Shown here in pieces: positions 24,650 through 37,570 of a stretch of 64,000 nt of DNA. The notes beneath the pieces were generated by a model. That model ran no database searches and was not told where the DNA came from. It saw only the letters and a list, made by a program, of their open reading frames with translations. Source of the DNA: Chiloscyllium plagiosum (taxonomy: Eukaryota); the NCBI RefSeq assembly GCF_004010195.1, contig NC_057756.1:3566785-3630784 (forward strand), written 5' to 3'. Made by a program: the position numbers and the translations under genes. How positions within the stretch are numbered: the stretch's first letter is position 1; each line of letters opens with the position of its first letter.

Positions 24650-25842
24650 GTAATAAAACAAAGACTAATGCACACACATTCACACACACACACACCATCA
24701 AATGTCTTTGTTTTGGGGTCAGAAATTGAAACAAAAGTCAAAATTATCTTTTTAATAAAAAAAGACTTTTCTCAGAAAATCGACTTCCTGTTCGATCAGC
24801 AGCTTTGCAATGTTCAGGTAATTATTGAAGCGAATTGATTTCCTTTGTTCATTCCAGTGATCAGAAGTATCAGCTGTTTGTGGCCCTATATGACAAATCT
24901 GCGTTGATGGTTTTGTACGTGTATGGATCATCATTCGTTGGATTCAATGTAGCACATTGAAGAGATAGACGTTTTCATTAAGGAAATAGAGGCAAATTCA
25001 AAATGGAAAGTACAAAAAAAACTTTATTGCTGCATCAAAAGATCTGCAGAAACATTCAATGTGAATGTGGGAGAGATCTGCAAGCCAATAATTTGGGGAA
25101 AGAAAGTAACTTATTCACAGAAATGATTGCATGCCACCATCTAAAATGTTGCCTATATTCGATGACTAACAGGACAATGTGGTGAGATTACATCGTAATA
25201 GATAAACAAATAAGCAAATAAAGCATATTGAAAATTGAAGAACGGTTAGTGTTGCATTGAGAGTGAAGAATTCTTGCACTGTCATTGGCATATTAAGAAT
25301 GTCGATACTTTGCATCATAATAAAAACGAAAATCACGTATGTTTTTCAAGGAAATTGCTTGAATTCAAGTGTCTATCATATGCTTCCTTCGAAATATCTA
25401 TAAAGACACACGCACAAAACATATAAGTGATACACACAGATCTTCTTCTGCTGTTACAGTCATATACTTCAAGTTATTTATTGATACAAATGCAATAGAA
25501 ATTACTCGATGCAACACAGAACACGAGTACGAGCAGAAATATGGAAACATTGAAAAGTTATAACTTGACTTCCTTTTTAATGATGCATTTCTACAGTTTT
25601 TCTTTTTCTTGTTAGCTTGAATACACAAAACCGTGCCATAGCTGGAAAAAAGTTCACTCGCACGGGAAAATTGATTTAAAACCCTCCATCAAACAAGTAA
25701 ATGTGAAAGCACATTTTAAAATCTCTTGCAAAGATGATATAAATCTGATAATCATCGTTGTGCCCATGGGCCTGAGCTGAGCTTACCATAGAAATATCAT
25801 GTTTGTACTGAATTCATGCATTTTTTCTTGACCCATGTTCAG

Positions 25843-25863
25843 AGCTGGAACACTGTCGAAAAG
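25843..25863 (+). CDS. 21-nt heptad microexon 5 (ELEHCRK)
   Basis: ttttttcttgacccatgttcag|agctggaacactgtcgaaaag|gtaaga. Confidence 0.8.
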
Positions 25864-27043
25864 GTAAGACATGGCATCGTGCCACCCATACCCCCACAAC
25901 CAAAAACAAACGTCGAATTTCAAGGCATAAATAGGTTAGTCATTCATTTTTTTTTAAAAAAAAGGGTCATACATTACAATGTCTACACAAAAATGCTATT
26001 TTTAAATGACGACATTCACAAAGCATGGATTTTCCGTACCGACTGTACGATTGTAGCATTCAACAATTATTCAGAAGACTCTACATGCTCACTATCCACC
26101 CTGGTGCTGTCACCTCCTTGTTGGTTGTGACCTCTACTACTGTCTTCAAATTTGCTTTTGTGCATTTCTGGTTTTGGTGCATAGAATTGACAAAAAAAGG
26201 TATAATGAAAGATTGTCTTTTATTCTAAGGCAAACAAATCCACACGAAATCAGGACGAGGTTATGAGATGCAAACGAAGTCAGTTAGTAGAATGAAAAAA
26301 ATAATCCATGTAACTGATTACATCTTTTCATCATACACAATATTTATATTTGATAACAGACTGGTAAAGTATTAAGATTAGATCCTGCCTGACAGAAACA
26401 AGATATATTAAATAGAGATTAAGCACAACAAAACAGTTTGCATTGCATTTGTCTTCTTGAAATTCTGATTCTCTGGTCAGCAAATTAGAAGGCCCAAATT
26501 TATACATCACCTTTAAAAAGGAATCACTTACATTGATTTTCACATTTATGCGATTTGAATGCAAATTTTCATCTTCTATTACTTCCTAAGCATCTGCAAA
26601 GACTGAGCAAATAATGCTGTTTTATGCACTCAGATGTATTTGCGCTGTTAATGCAGCTAGCTCGTGTTATATTACAACATCAATGAATTAAGAAAATGTC
26701 TGACGAACATGCAGTACAAATCTGGAAGATGTTTCAAATGGAGCATTAAATTCGTTGTAAATTTAATAATTAGTTTTATTTCTTTATAATATTTTCCCAT
26801 TTGATGTTTCATTTTGTATTTTAATTCATAAGAACCATATCACGACAAACAGGAATGGGCTCTTCCATTTAGATGCATGTGTTCAATATGATTTAAAATT
26901 TGATTTAAGACTAATCCATGTGAGGTGAAATGGCAGAGTATCTCGACAGGTTGTATCTGGTCGTTGAATTTCTAGCCAGGGTATGTGCACGAGATGGAAA
27001 ATATTCGCTGAAAGTTTAATTTTCTTATTTCCTATTCTCACAG

Positions 27044-27064
27044 AACTTGCAAATCTTCAAAAAG
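27044..27064 (+). CDS. 21-nt heptad microexon 6 (ELANLQK)
   Basis: tttcttatttcctattctcacag|aacttgcaaatcttcaaaaag|gtaagc. Confidence 0.85.
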
Positions 27065-27939
27065 GTAAGCTGCAAAACTAAAGTATTGAATTTGTCGCTA
27101 TGTGGGGTGTCAAATCAGTCCTTCAGTTTTCAGTCAGAATAGAAATAATACCATCAAAATATGTATTGTTCCAATGTTGCTTTATGTCAATGCTATTTGT
27201 GATTTGAGAGTAATGATTGAGGAGATTCACAAGCTTGCAATTATTCTGTTTGTTAATTTTTTGCAATTTTGGCTTTGTTTGCATTTGGGGCTTTGAGTGC
27301 AGGTTAGGCAGTGAATCGGGAAACAAAAAAAGAAAGAGCAATGGCAAGGGATTTCGCTGAAAATGCAATTAGGAAAGATATAAACCTACTCCTAAGTTAA
27401 CAAATAGACTGTAGAATCAAATAATTCAGGATATGCAGGTAGGGTGCGAGCCTAGTGATTTAGTGTAATATCAAGACTATCATTAGAGCTTATTACCTCC
27501 TGCTTTTTAAGTATAATAGTACTTGATGACGAACTGGCCAAAATAATAGGACTGAATCAAGGACAACAATGGAAGAAAGAAGGAAGCAGAACTGTGGGCA
27601 TTGCATTGGAGGTGTAAGCCTTCTTACACGGCTACCAAGTGTTTAGAAGTCCAGTATCGACATATAATAATAAATACTATTCTCAATGTATTTTACTTGA
27701 TTTTGAGTTACTAATATTTTGCTTCCAATGTAAATGTTAGTGCCCACTAAAAAAGATGATATGTTGTGTATACAGAGGCCTTTCTGCTGTCTCTAATAAC
27801 AGATACATTGCAATTATTAATAACGATTAAGTGCCATCATTTCTGTCTACATTCTACACAAATAACAAAAAAAAAAGATATTTTAAACAATTTATGAGTA
27901 ATAGGCTTTTTTTTTTAAAAAAAGTCATTTTTGTGTTCT

Positions 27940-28460
27940 TCTTAATGGTATGTTTATTGGTAAAGTAGGTGTGCCTGGGATTTCGGGTGAGCTTGTCAAT
28001 TGCATGCATAATTTACATAATGAAAGGAGACACCGATGGCTGTTGGATTGTTTGACTTTGGAATGGAGGAATGTCACGAGCGGTTTTCCAATGGTGTCAG
28101 TTCTGGATCCTCATCTGATTTTCATTTCCATCATTAATTTGTATGAGAATATCAAAGACAATGGTCGATAGCAAAATTGCTGTCATAGTAAAGAGAGAAA
28201 ATATTTTTCTCTGATTTCAACGGGATCTTGATCAGATGGGTCTGTTGGCTGAAAGAAAAAAGCTGGTACAGTTGAATTGCTGTATTGTATTTTGGTGCAA
28301 CAAGCAGTGGCAAGAATATTGCATTTCATGAAACTACCTTGGATACTTCATTAGAACAGAGGGTCAAAGGGTTTAGGAACATACTTCTTTGAAGATTGCA
28401 TCACAAGTCGACAGGGTGTCCAAAAAGGCGTTTAACACACAGCCCTGCATTCTTCAGTGT
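27940..28460 (+). mobile_element. CR1 RT fragment
   Basis: GISGELVNCMHNLHNERRHR...EWRNVTSGFPMVSVLDPHLIFISIINL resembles CR1 [26 protein letters not shown]. Confidence 0.75.
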
Positions 28461-28628
28461 AATAGTGTATTACAACACGGAGATAGGCCCTTTGGTCCAA
28501 AGTGGCTCATGCCGACCAAATTGTCCATCCTCACGAATACCATTTATTTGCACTTGGCTTAAAACTTTATAAAGTTTTCCTTTTCAAGTATTTCTCCAAA
28601 GATCTTTTAAAGGTTGTTAATGTAAATA

Positions 28629-28727
28629 ATGCCCTTCCTGAAGAAGGGCATGTGCCCGAAACGTCGAATCTTCTGTTCCCTAGATGCTGCCTGACCTGCT
28701 GTGCTGTTCCAGCAATAAAGTTTCAGC
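28629..28727 (+). mobile_element. Short Penelope-pLTR-derived insert with 10-bp target-site duplication
   Basis: cctgaagaagggcatgtgcccgaaacgtcg...ctgacctgctg, flanked by aatgtaaata at 28619-28628 and 28728-28737. Confidence 0.8.
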
Positions 28728-29679
28728 AATGTAAATAGCCTCAAACACTTGTGCTGGCAGTTCATTCTACCTGCTTAACACCCTCTGTTCAAAAAATAAG
28801 TTTTCCCCTCAGGTTTATTTTTATTCTTTCCCCTCCAACGTAAAACTGATGCACACTCGGCGTCAATTCCCCAAATCCTGGGAAAAAATCTCCGTCCATT
28901 CCGATCATAATCATTACAATTGTGTAAGATCCCACCTCAGTCTCCTATGTCCTAAAGAACAAAGTCCTCGCTTGTCGAAACTCTCCCCATTACTCAGATC
29001 ATTGAGTTTACGTAACGTCCAAATAACCTTCTTTTGCACATTCAAATTTAATAACATCATTCCTGTGGCAAGGTGAGCAAAAATAAACAGAATATTCCAT
29101 GTGCGTCCCCACCAACGTCCTGTTTAACTGCAACATGACTTCCCAACTTCTACACTGAATGCCCAGACAAAGGACAGTCTGTCAAAAACGTTCTTTACTG
29201 TCCTGTATACCATTTTCTGCACACTCTCAGAACGTGCATCTAAACTTCAAGGTCCCTATATTCCACTCTACTCCTTAAGACCCTATCATTCACCACGAAA
29301 CTCCAACCTTGATTTGACTCTCCAAAATGCAAGACTTCACATTTGTGCACATCAAAATCCCTTTGCTATTTCTTAACGTGATTCCCGAATTGGTCAAGGT
29401 CTTGCTGTAATTTTTGATCACGTCCCCACCTGTCCACAAAACCGCCTATATTAGTGTCAATTGGACACTTAATAATCATGCCTTATACATTCATACATCA
29501 AACAGGAACGGGCCCAGCATCCGTCCAGACTTCCAGTGAGACAAGCATTATTTCACAAAAACCCTCTCCTTATTACCATTAAGCCTATTAAGCAAATTGC
29601 GTTGTGCATACAATTTGCCTGCTCCCCATGGATTTCATGTAATCAAACCTTCCAGGTTTGCAGATGCTGGAGATCAGAC

Positions 29680-29862
29680 CTGAAAATGTGTTGCTGGAAA
29701 AGCGCAGCAGGTCAGGCAGCATCCAGGGAACAGGAGAATCGACGTTTCGGGCATAAGCCCTTCTTCAGGATTCCTGAAGAAGGGCTTATGCTCGAAACGT
29801 CGATTCTCCTGTTCCCTGGATGGTGTCTGACCTGCTGCGCTTTTCCAGCAACACATTTTCAG
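29680..29862. repeat. Near-perfect ~91-bp-arm palindrome formed by two inverted Penelope-type pLTR units
   Basis: ctgaaaatgtgttgctgg...cttcttcagga-t-tcctgaagaag...ccagcaacacattttcag, with about 3 mismatches. Mirrored ORFs appear in the ORF track. Confidence 0.92.
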
Positions 29863-30517
29863 TAATTAGCAAAGACAGTCGACATTAGGACATAAGACCT
29901 CTCTGATGAAGGGATTATGCCAGAAATGTCAAGTCTCCTCCTTCTTCAATTCTTCTTGTCCTGCTGTGCTTTCTCATCGCCAAAGTTTTCCAGAGCAGCC
30001 AACTATGATGAAGCTTGTGAAAAGCTGACTGTATGTCAAACAGACTAAGTTGAGCAGCCTATCTTCATCAATCTTCCTGTCCACTTCATCAAAGAACTCT
30101 AACGAATTTGCGAGACATGATCTCCCAGACAAAAAGCAATGTTGATATTCTTTTATGAAACGCCGAATTTTCAAATGCACATGTATCTTATCTCTAAGAA
30201 TATGCTCAAGTACCGGGCCTTACTTAAATGTTAGGATCACTGGTCGGCCGTCGCCAGGTTTTCTTTGCAGCTTGCCTGCAAAAAGGGCACAACATTCACC
30301 ACTATCCAGTCTTCCAGGATCACAACTAGATGCAAATATAAAAGCCATGGAGCCAGAATTTCTTCACTCCATCTTGCAGTGTTCTGGGATATAGCTTATC
30401 AGGACCAGGAGGCTTATTCACCTTCATGCATTTGGGATACTTTCAACAAATCCTCTGTTGTGACATGGATTGTCTCTACGATATGATCACTGACTTCCCC
30501 AAATATCCAAGTCATCG

Positions 30518-31288
30518 TGTTCTTTTGAAGGTAAAAGCCTGTACTGCACCTTTAAGAGAGTGTGAATGCTGTTTTGCACTGAGAGCTTACAAACACCTGT
30601 GCATATGACGTGTGGCAGTCTCATTGTGTTCTGGATAACAGAACATATATCACATATGGTTATAAAATGGATAGTTGTGCTGTTTGCTCTTTTGTCAGCA
30701 ATTCGAATTTAACCAATCAGTTTAAACTTTGCCTCAGAATTCTAAAACCCAATCGAGTTTGAATACTTTTCTTTTGCCAACATCGGATCAATGACGAGAT
30801 ACAATGACGGCGATATAAAAATGCAGGCATTTTGAAAATTGGAGATAGATCAACTGCCATCAACACAGAACCAAGAACTTAAACAACACTCTCTATCAAA
30901 GGGACCTTTTCATATGAAACATATTCGCAGTAAAACGAAAGAAGACGATCCAGGGCAATCATCAGCTGGCAAAAGACAGAGGCCAAATATGAAATCCACT
31001 GTATGTTTGAAATTAAGTTGAGGTAACTTCAATAATTGTCTTGTTAGAAATGTAGATTGTTGTAGAGTTGGAGGCAGGTAATAAACATTAAGAGAAAGGG
31101 GTGCTTAGAATTGTGAATAGTTGTTTTTTAATGCTCACTTTAAGTGTTAAAATAATTGACGTTATTTTATTTAAACTGTACAATTTCGGAGTTCACTGTC
31201 AGTCATAGTTTAACAGATTACGAGGCGAGGTGAGCTTTTCTGGGTGTTTGGTTTAATTAACAGAAGGTTTCTCTGCTGTGTCGTAACA
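30518..31288 (+). mobile_element. Solo LTR (same family as 44061-44858, opposite orientation)
   Basis: TG...taACA termini. tgtactgcacctttaagagag and gaggtgagcttttctgg...gtcgtaaca are reverse-complementary to the ends of 44061-44858. Confidence 0.75.
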
Positions 31289-31449
31289 ATGTCTTTCTCC
31301 ACGGTAAACACAGTTGAGAAATATTCAATAAGGACTTTGCTCATCTCCAGCGTTTCTACACACATGTGTCCACTTTGGTCCTTGAGATGTCCAGTTTTGT
31401 CTCTACTTATTTTTACTTAAAAAAAGTTTTTGGATTCACCCTCATCCGA

Positions 31450-31960
31450 AATTATTTGAGTATAGGAGTTGGAAATTCATGCTAATGTTGTGCTGAAAAA
31501 CTGTGAGCAGTTATGGTTGCCTCGTCCATAGGAAGGATATAATTGAGCTGGAGAGGTGTCAGCAGATATTTTCCAGGGTGTTGCCGTGTGCAGAATGTTT
31601 CAGCTATAAAACAAATGCTGTGACTCATTTCACTGGAGTGTAAAAGTTTGACTGCAGACTTGATAGAGGGTTCATAATATCATGAAGATGACAGACAGAT
31701 TAATGATAGATGTTTTCCCTGTCAGATAAGGGACTACAAGACTGGGGACACTTTACTAGGGAAGAGGAAAGAGATTTGAAAAGACACGAGGAACAATTTG
31801 TCTTTTTACACACAGGGTTTTTTGTTTGTAGAACTGACTGAGGTATTGTTGAATGTGGGCAAACCTATAATGCATCAACGACACTTCAGTAAGTACCTGA
31901 ATAGGAAACGTTACAGCAATTTGGGCCAGTGCAGACAGTTTTGACAACTTTAGAGTAGAG
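31450..31960 (+). mobile_element. CR1 3' fragment
   Basis: gagtataggagttgg...aggaaggatataattgagctggagagg...ttttccagggtgttgcc, typical of the CR1 C-terminal region. Confidence 0.65.
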
Positions 31961-31964
31961 TTGC

Positions 31965-32335
31965 CTTTATTTGTTATTTCTACCATATGCAACCGATACA
32001 GTAAAACAAAGAGAGAGATGCTGTTACTCCAGGACAACTAGTGTTACATGCACAGGTCAAACTACGTAATCATTACAGTGTATTGTAAAAAATATATATA
32101 TATTTCTGCAGCTATTCTAAGTCAGGCAAAAAAAAGCGTCTGTGTTAAGGAATCTGATGGCTTGTACGAAAAATAAACTGTTGCGCAGTCTGGCTGTGAG
32201 AGACCGAATGCTCTGGTATATTCGGCCAGATGGGAGGAGGGAGAAACGTTTAAGTGAGGAGTGTGTGGGGTCTTCCTCAATGCTCTGAGCCCTTCGGATG
32301 CAAACTGTGGTGCAAATATCTGTAATGGAGGGAAA
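31965..32335 (-). mobile_element. Rex1/Babar LINE 3' fragment
   Basis: Similar to 240-420 (aaactgttgcgcagtctggctg...ccagatggg...aatgct). Confidence 0.55.
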
Positions 32336-35300
32336 GGAATTATTTCAACATGTCCTGTTTGGAAGAAAGAGTTTAGTTACTTTCTGTGTGAGTCGATAAC
32401 TCTAAGAATCTAAACAACAATTCTATTGATGGTTCATTCTGTGGCTGGACAGGCAGTCCAAAATAACATGATTTATGATTAACTTCGTTCAAGGGGGCCA
32501 ACATTTAATTCATGTTTGAAAATGGAAGCCAGCTTTGCCTAACGTGACTGCGTCAATCCACATGCTGCTGAATCCAATAGGCGGAAATGCAAACAGATTG
32601 TTTGAAAAGAAACTTGACAGCAGCAGACTCTGCAATACACACAAAAAGTTGGACATAAATGGGACAATGGCATTTTGCCTCTGGACAATCGGGAGCATTG
32701 ATATATTCTCCAGACAAGGAGGCGCCTCACACTCTTATTTGAAGGAACCCACATGGACCCAGGAACCACCATAATCGACACTTCAAGGCGATTCTGCTAT
32801 GGATGTCCCAACGACTGTTTGGATGTGATTTATCAGGGAAATTAAACCTGATCAATCCATTGGGCAGATCCGAAAGATGTTCTGAAAAGTGCACAAAGGC
32901 ACGGAAGAATAAGTTTAACTGGAAAATTCCACTCAGCGTGGTAACACGAGAATAACCAACGAAAGTGAAGATACCTTCAAAACCATCGAAAGAGGAAGAA
33001 GATATCACAATATAGAACCCGATCAATTTCTTGTGCGGTGCTATGCGATCATCCAAGTTTTAGTTAAAGCATAAGGTAGTTTCTAGTGCTTATCGTTAGT
33101 TTATGATATGCTATATTTTTCTACTATTAGTTGTGTTCAATAAACGAATAGTATTGTGATAAGAGACGACTCACAGTTATTTTGCAGCATGTAAGAATTT
33201 ACACATACTGTGTAGCAGGAACAGCAGTTCCATATTTAAAATTCTCGAAAACAATGCAAACTCTTAAAACAAGTTTTTCGTTGTTTGTTTGTTTTTCTGT
33301 TTTTGCACCTAAGAAAATTCGAAAACATCTTTCACAAAAGTAATTCACATATCACATTATTGATCAATGTATCGGGAAATGAGAACTTGCAAAATATATC
33401 TGATTTTACTTAGATGTATTAATTATGCAAAGTGATGATATTTGATGAAAATATTGACTTTGTTCCTCTGTCTCAACAGATATTATTTTTAATTTTCATA
33501 AGTGACCCCAAAATAAAGAATTTGCCGTTCTTGTGCAAATTGCAAAACAAGAAGATAATTTGTTGTCTGGCCACAAACTTAAGTGGGAACGTACACCAAT
33601 AAGAGAAGCATATAATTAAACCGATGAACTGCACAGTTTTCCATCCAAGGTAATTATAATTTGAGAGCAACGATCGAAAGTCAGTGATGCCCGAAATGTA
33701 ATGTTAAATGCTGGAAGTTTCATAAATATATTAACATCCTTTTCCATGGGATTATTATGTTACATATTGCAACGTTAGTTTATAAATATGGCAACGATAG
33801 GACAAAATTATAATGATAGAATTCAAATCATATGATGATAACTGAGAAAGGGTCGCACACGCCAATTCAAGATTCGAAAGAAAAGCACACAGATTGGAAT
33901 CCATCTCTATAGAACCTATAATTACACCATTGGCAATGAGGAGCAGGAGATCTCCCCATTTCCAAAATGCACGACATAATTTCTCCAAATGAACACAGAC
34001 GTAACCTTCGAAGTCATTTACCAATTCCATCAACATGGACAAGAACAGCAGAGATTTCGGAATGCCACCACATCCAAATTCCTGTCTAAGCCATTTATGA
34101 TAGTGACTCGAGAGTACCCCATCTTTTCTACTTAGTCGCTAGTTCAAATGTCTAGAATTCTTTGACTAGCTATATTATATAGCTACACACGTTAACATGG
34201 ACTGCGGTGATTCAAAAAGGCACCTTACCAGTACATGATCAGGGATAATTTAAAAATTATGTCCAAGCCTAGGTTGTCCATGTCCGCAATTAAAATAAAA
34301 AAACAAGACAAATCGGCATTGTTAAAGAATGTTTGTGAGAAAGGAAAATAATTTGGACAGCACGCAAATACACACTCAAAACCACACACGTGAACATGAA
34401 TGTGTAAGAGCATCTGTGCGTGCCTATGCTCAGGCACAGATTCTCGACTCTTGCCATGTTTAGAAGAGGATCATTAAACTCTGATTTCAGTCAAACGTTG
34501 GACCAGATTAACTAATAGATTTTTAAAAATTTCTGAAATTTCTGCAGTGCAGAAAGAGGAAGCAAGTTTCTTCCTCTATTTAGATCAACAAAAGAAAATC
34601 AATTCCTAAAAAGAAAAGAGCTTGGAGGGGATGCCAGTTGTCAGATTTGGTGTTTTTAGGATACGAGGTTAGACCGTTTTTTTTTTTGTGAAGTCATGTT
34701 ACCCATAATTGGTTATTCTTGCGGAAAAAGCATTGTGATCGAGAAGAAAATGAATCATGACATTATGTAGAAAATTGTGATAACAATTGAAAACTTATTC
34801 TAGGATGTTATAGAAGGGTGAAAAGACTGCCATGAAACTCATCATCTAATGGTCAGCATGACAAATACATATGTTCTGTATACACAAGTGCAATCAGAGA
34901 AAATAAAGTCACTCATTGCACTGGGCACAATGTTGTCACTTTCTATCAAAATTAGCTCAGCTGAATTTAGTTCGCTATTGAAGCTTTATCAGACCCCCCC
35001 CCCCCCGCCCATTTCCAGTTTCTGTACTGTAAAAAAAAATAAGTTAGACTCGTAAATACAACTGTTTTGTGAGTGGAGGCCACTGTCCTGTGTGAACAGT
35101 CGAGTCACAAGCTGAGAAACAAAGATAAGTTCGATTGCATTTTATATTCATTATGATAGCTGCCTTCATGTGTCTTGAGATAGCTACTGTAAAACAATGT
35201 AGGTTCTTGACATCGAAGCCGCAAATTCAATTGACACATTAGGTGCGTAGAGCACCTACTGAACAAATAAGACATTTTAAATTCGGACAACACAGCATTG

Positions 35301-35584
35301 GCACAATTAGAAAGACAAAGATGGTTTGGGGGACTGCTGAAGTTCCAAAGGAACACGAGAGAGGATAAGTAGAACAGAGTGAGACAGGGAGATGTCAAAT
35401 AAATTAAAAGGATGTCAAAAAATTATACTAAGCGAAAAATATTATGAGTAGTTTGAAAACAGGCTCTTAAATGGTCTAGATGAACTGAATGCATCTTTTA
35501 ATGTCAAAAAGAAGGAATTACAGCTCTGTGTACTACCTTATTTGTGTGAATAGCGCCAGCTGCCCATCGAACCTTCTCCGCTAA

Positions 35585-37570
35585 TACATAAGAATAAGCA
35601 AGATCCTGGCTTATTTTTTCATGGACTTAGCTACACCAATTCACCCACTCACTACAGGGCTTAATTCATTTCCTGTTCAAGCGTCTAACTACTTTTGACT
35701 TAAAATATTGAAGGAAGCATCCTCAACTGCTTTACTGGGCATGTAATTCCCCAGATATACAACCCTTTGCGTGAACAAGTTTCTCCTCAACTCAGTCCTG
35801 AATCTAGTAACTTTTATTTTGCCGCTATGCTCTGAGTGTTAGTTTCATCCACCATTGGAAACAATTCATGTTCCAATTTCTGCTCCCTTCATGTTTTACT
35901 TCTTTTTATATAATGCTCAGTCGTTCTTCTAAATTCCAATTAATATAATCCCAGTGTATTCAATCTCTCCGAAGAAGGCAACCCATTTAATTCTGGAACC
36001 AAAATAGTGAACCTCATCTACACTGTGTCCACTATCAATATATCCTTTCTCAACTTAAGAAATAAAATTGAACACAGTACTCCATCTGCGGCCTCAGCAG
36101 CACGGCATACAGCTGCAGAAAAACCTCCCTAATTTGAAACTCGATCCTTATTGCAAAAGTCAGTATTCTGTTTTTTTTCTTAGTTGCCTGCTGCACTTGA
36201 AAACTGACTTTTTGTGATTCTTACACATGAAAACCTACGTCCCTCTGCACAGTCACATGCTGTATTTTCACCTTTTAGTTAACAGTCCATTTTTCTATTT
36301 CTATTACTAGTTTGGTTGACCTCACATTTAATAACGTTGTACTCCATATGCCAGACACTTGTCCTCTCACGTAATCTGTTTATATTCATCTGTGGACTGT
36401 CAGTGTCCCCTGCACATTTTACTCTGAAACTTACTTTACTGTCATCTGCACACTTTGAAACACTATACTTAACACACAATTGCAAACTATCTGTCCAACT
36501 TGTGAACAATTTCGTTCCAACACTGAATCCTGAAGTAAAGCATGCGACAGTGATCACCAACCAATAAACACCCATTCATTCCTCCTCTTCGATTCCTGTT
36601 AGATAACCAATTTTCCACCCATGCTAATAAGATACCATAATGTTGTGAAGCATTATCCTCATGCAGCTGCATTTTGTGCAGCACCTTGTCGAATGCCTTT
36701 TGGAAATTTTGTTATGCCATATCCACGGGATTCTGGTTTTCCATTTTGCTTGTGATGTCCTCACAATAGTCCAGTTAATTAGTTAAACATAACTATCATC
36801 ACATCTGCCTGGTAGCAACACGTTCTACTAGATATTTTGATACTTCGTCATTTATCATAGATTGACGAACTTTAACTACTACTGATTTTAACCCAACGGA
36901 CAAAGGTTGACCGTCTGTTCTATGTACTCTTTTTTAAACAATGATGTAATTTTTACTGTTTTCAAACTGACAAAATTACCCCAGATTCCAGCGAATTTTG
37001 GATAATTACCACGATTGCATTTGCTATCCCTCACACCCATGATATCCTTAATGCCCTCTGCTGCATTACATAACAGATAAGAGACGTGTCTACCCCCACA
37101 CCTAATAGATTGTTCTTCAGTACAATGATCTTTTCTAAGTTGTCACATGCTATAGCATCCTTGTCATTAAATATTTCACCTTTTTGGTCATTTCTTCATT
37201 TCATGTGCTGAAATGTCCCTTCTCATCAGCTAAATGAACAATGTTAATTAATCTTTGTTTTCTTTGTATATTCGTAGAAAGTTTTGCTATCAGTTTTCAA
37301 AATTCTGATCTGTTTTACTATCATAATCTCTCTTACTCTTCTTTATAGGTGTTTTCGTCGCTTTCTGCTTTTCTTTGAATATTTCTCAATCCCCAATGTT
37401 CGCAAACCTTTATTCTCTCTTCGTCAGCATTTGCTATAAACGTGATACGCTCTTTTACTTCATTAGTTATCCACGGCTAATCATCCACTTTTGGACAGCC
37501 ATTCCTTTTGACTGTTGTAGACTTTTGCTGAGGAAGGGTAAAAATCAGTTTGGAAGTATTCCACTGTGGC
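35585..37570 (-). mobile_element. Degenerate CR1 LINE ORF2 with 3' end
   Basis: VSKCADDSKVS...WHMEYNVIKCEV and GILLAWVENWLSNRNRR in minus-strand ORFs; acataagaataag tail at ~35587. Confidence 0.85.

Larger units (their letters stand above)
28470..31440 (-). mobile_element. Degenerate CR1 LINE (3' end at ~28470) carrying nested Penelope-derived inserts and a solo LTR
   Basis: CR1 3' UTR (ggagataggccctttggtccaa) and QHCFLSGRSCLANSLEFFDEVDRKIDE in ORF 29974-30180. Confidence 0.8.

Noticed and set aside
29536..29865. Mirror-image ORFs MCCWKSAAGQ... on both strands
   Set aside because: Artefact of the palindromic Penelope-derived repeat, not a gene.
32510..33060. Cluster of overlapping ORFs on both strands
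   Set aside because: No recognisable motif. Probably an old repeat remnant that I cannot classify.
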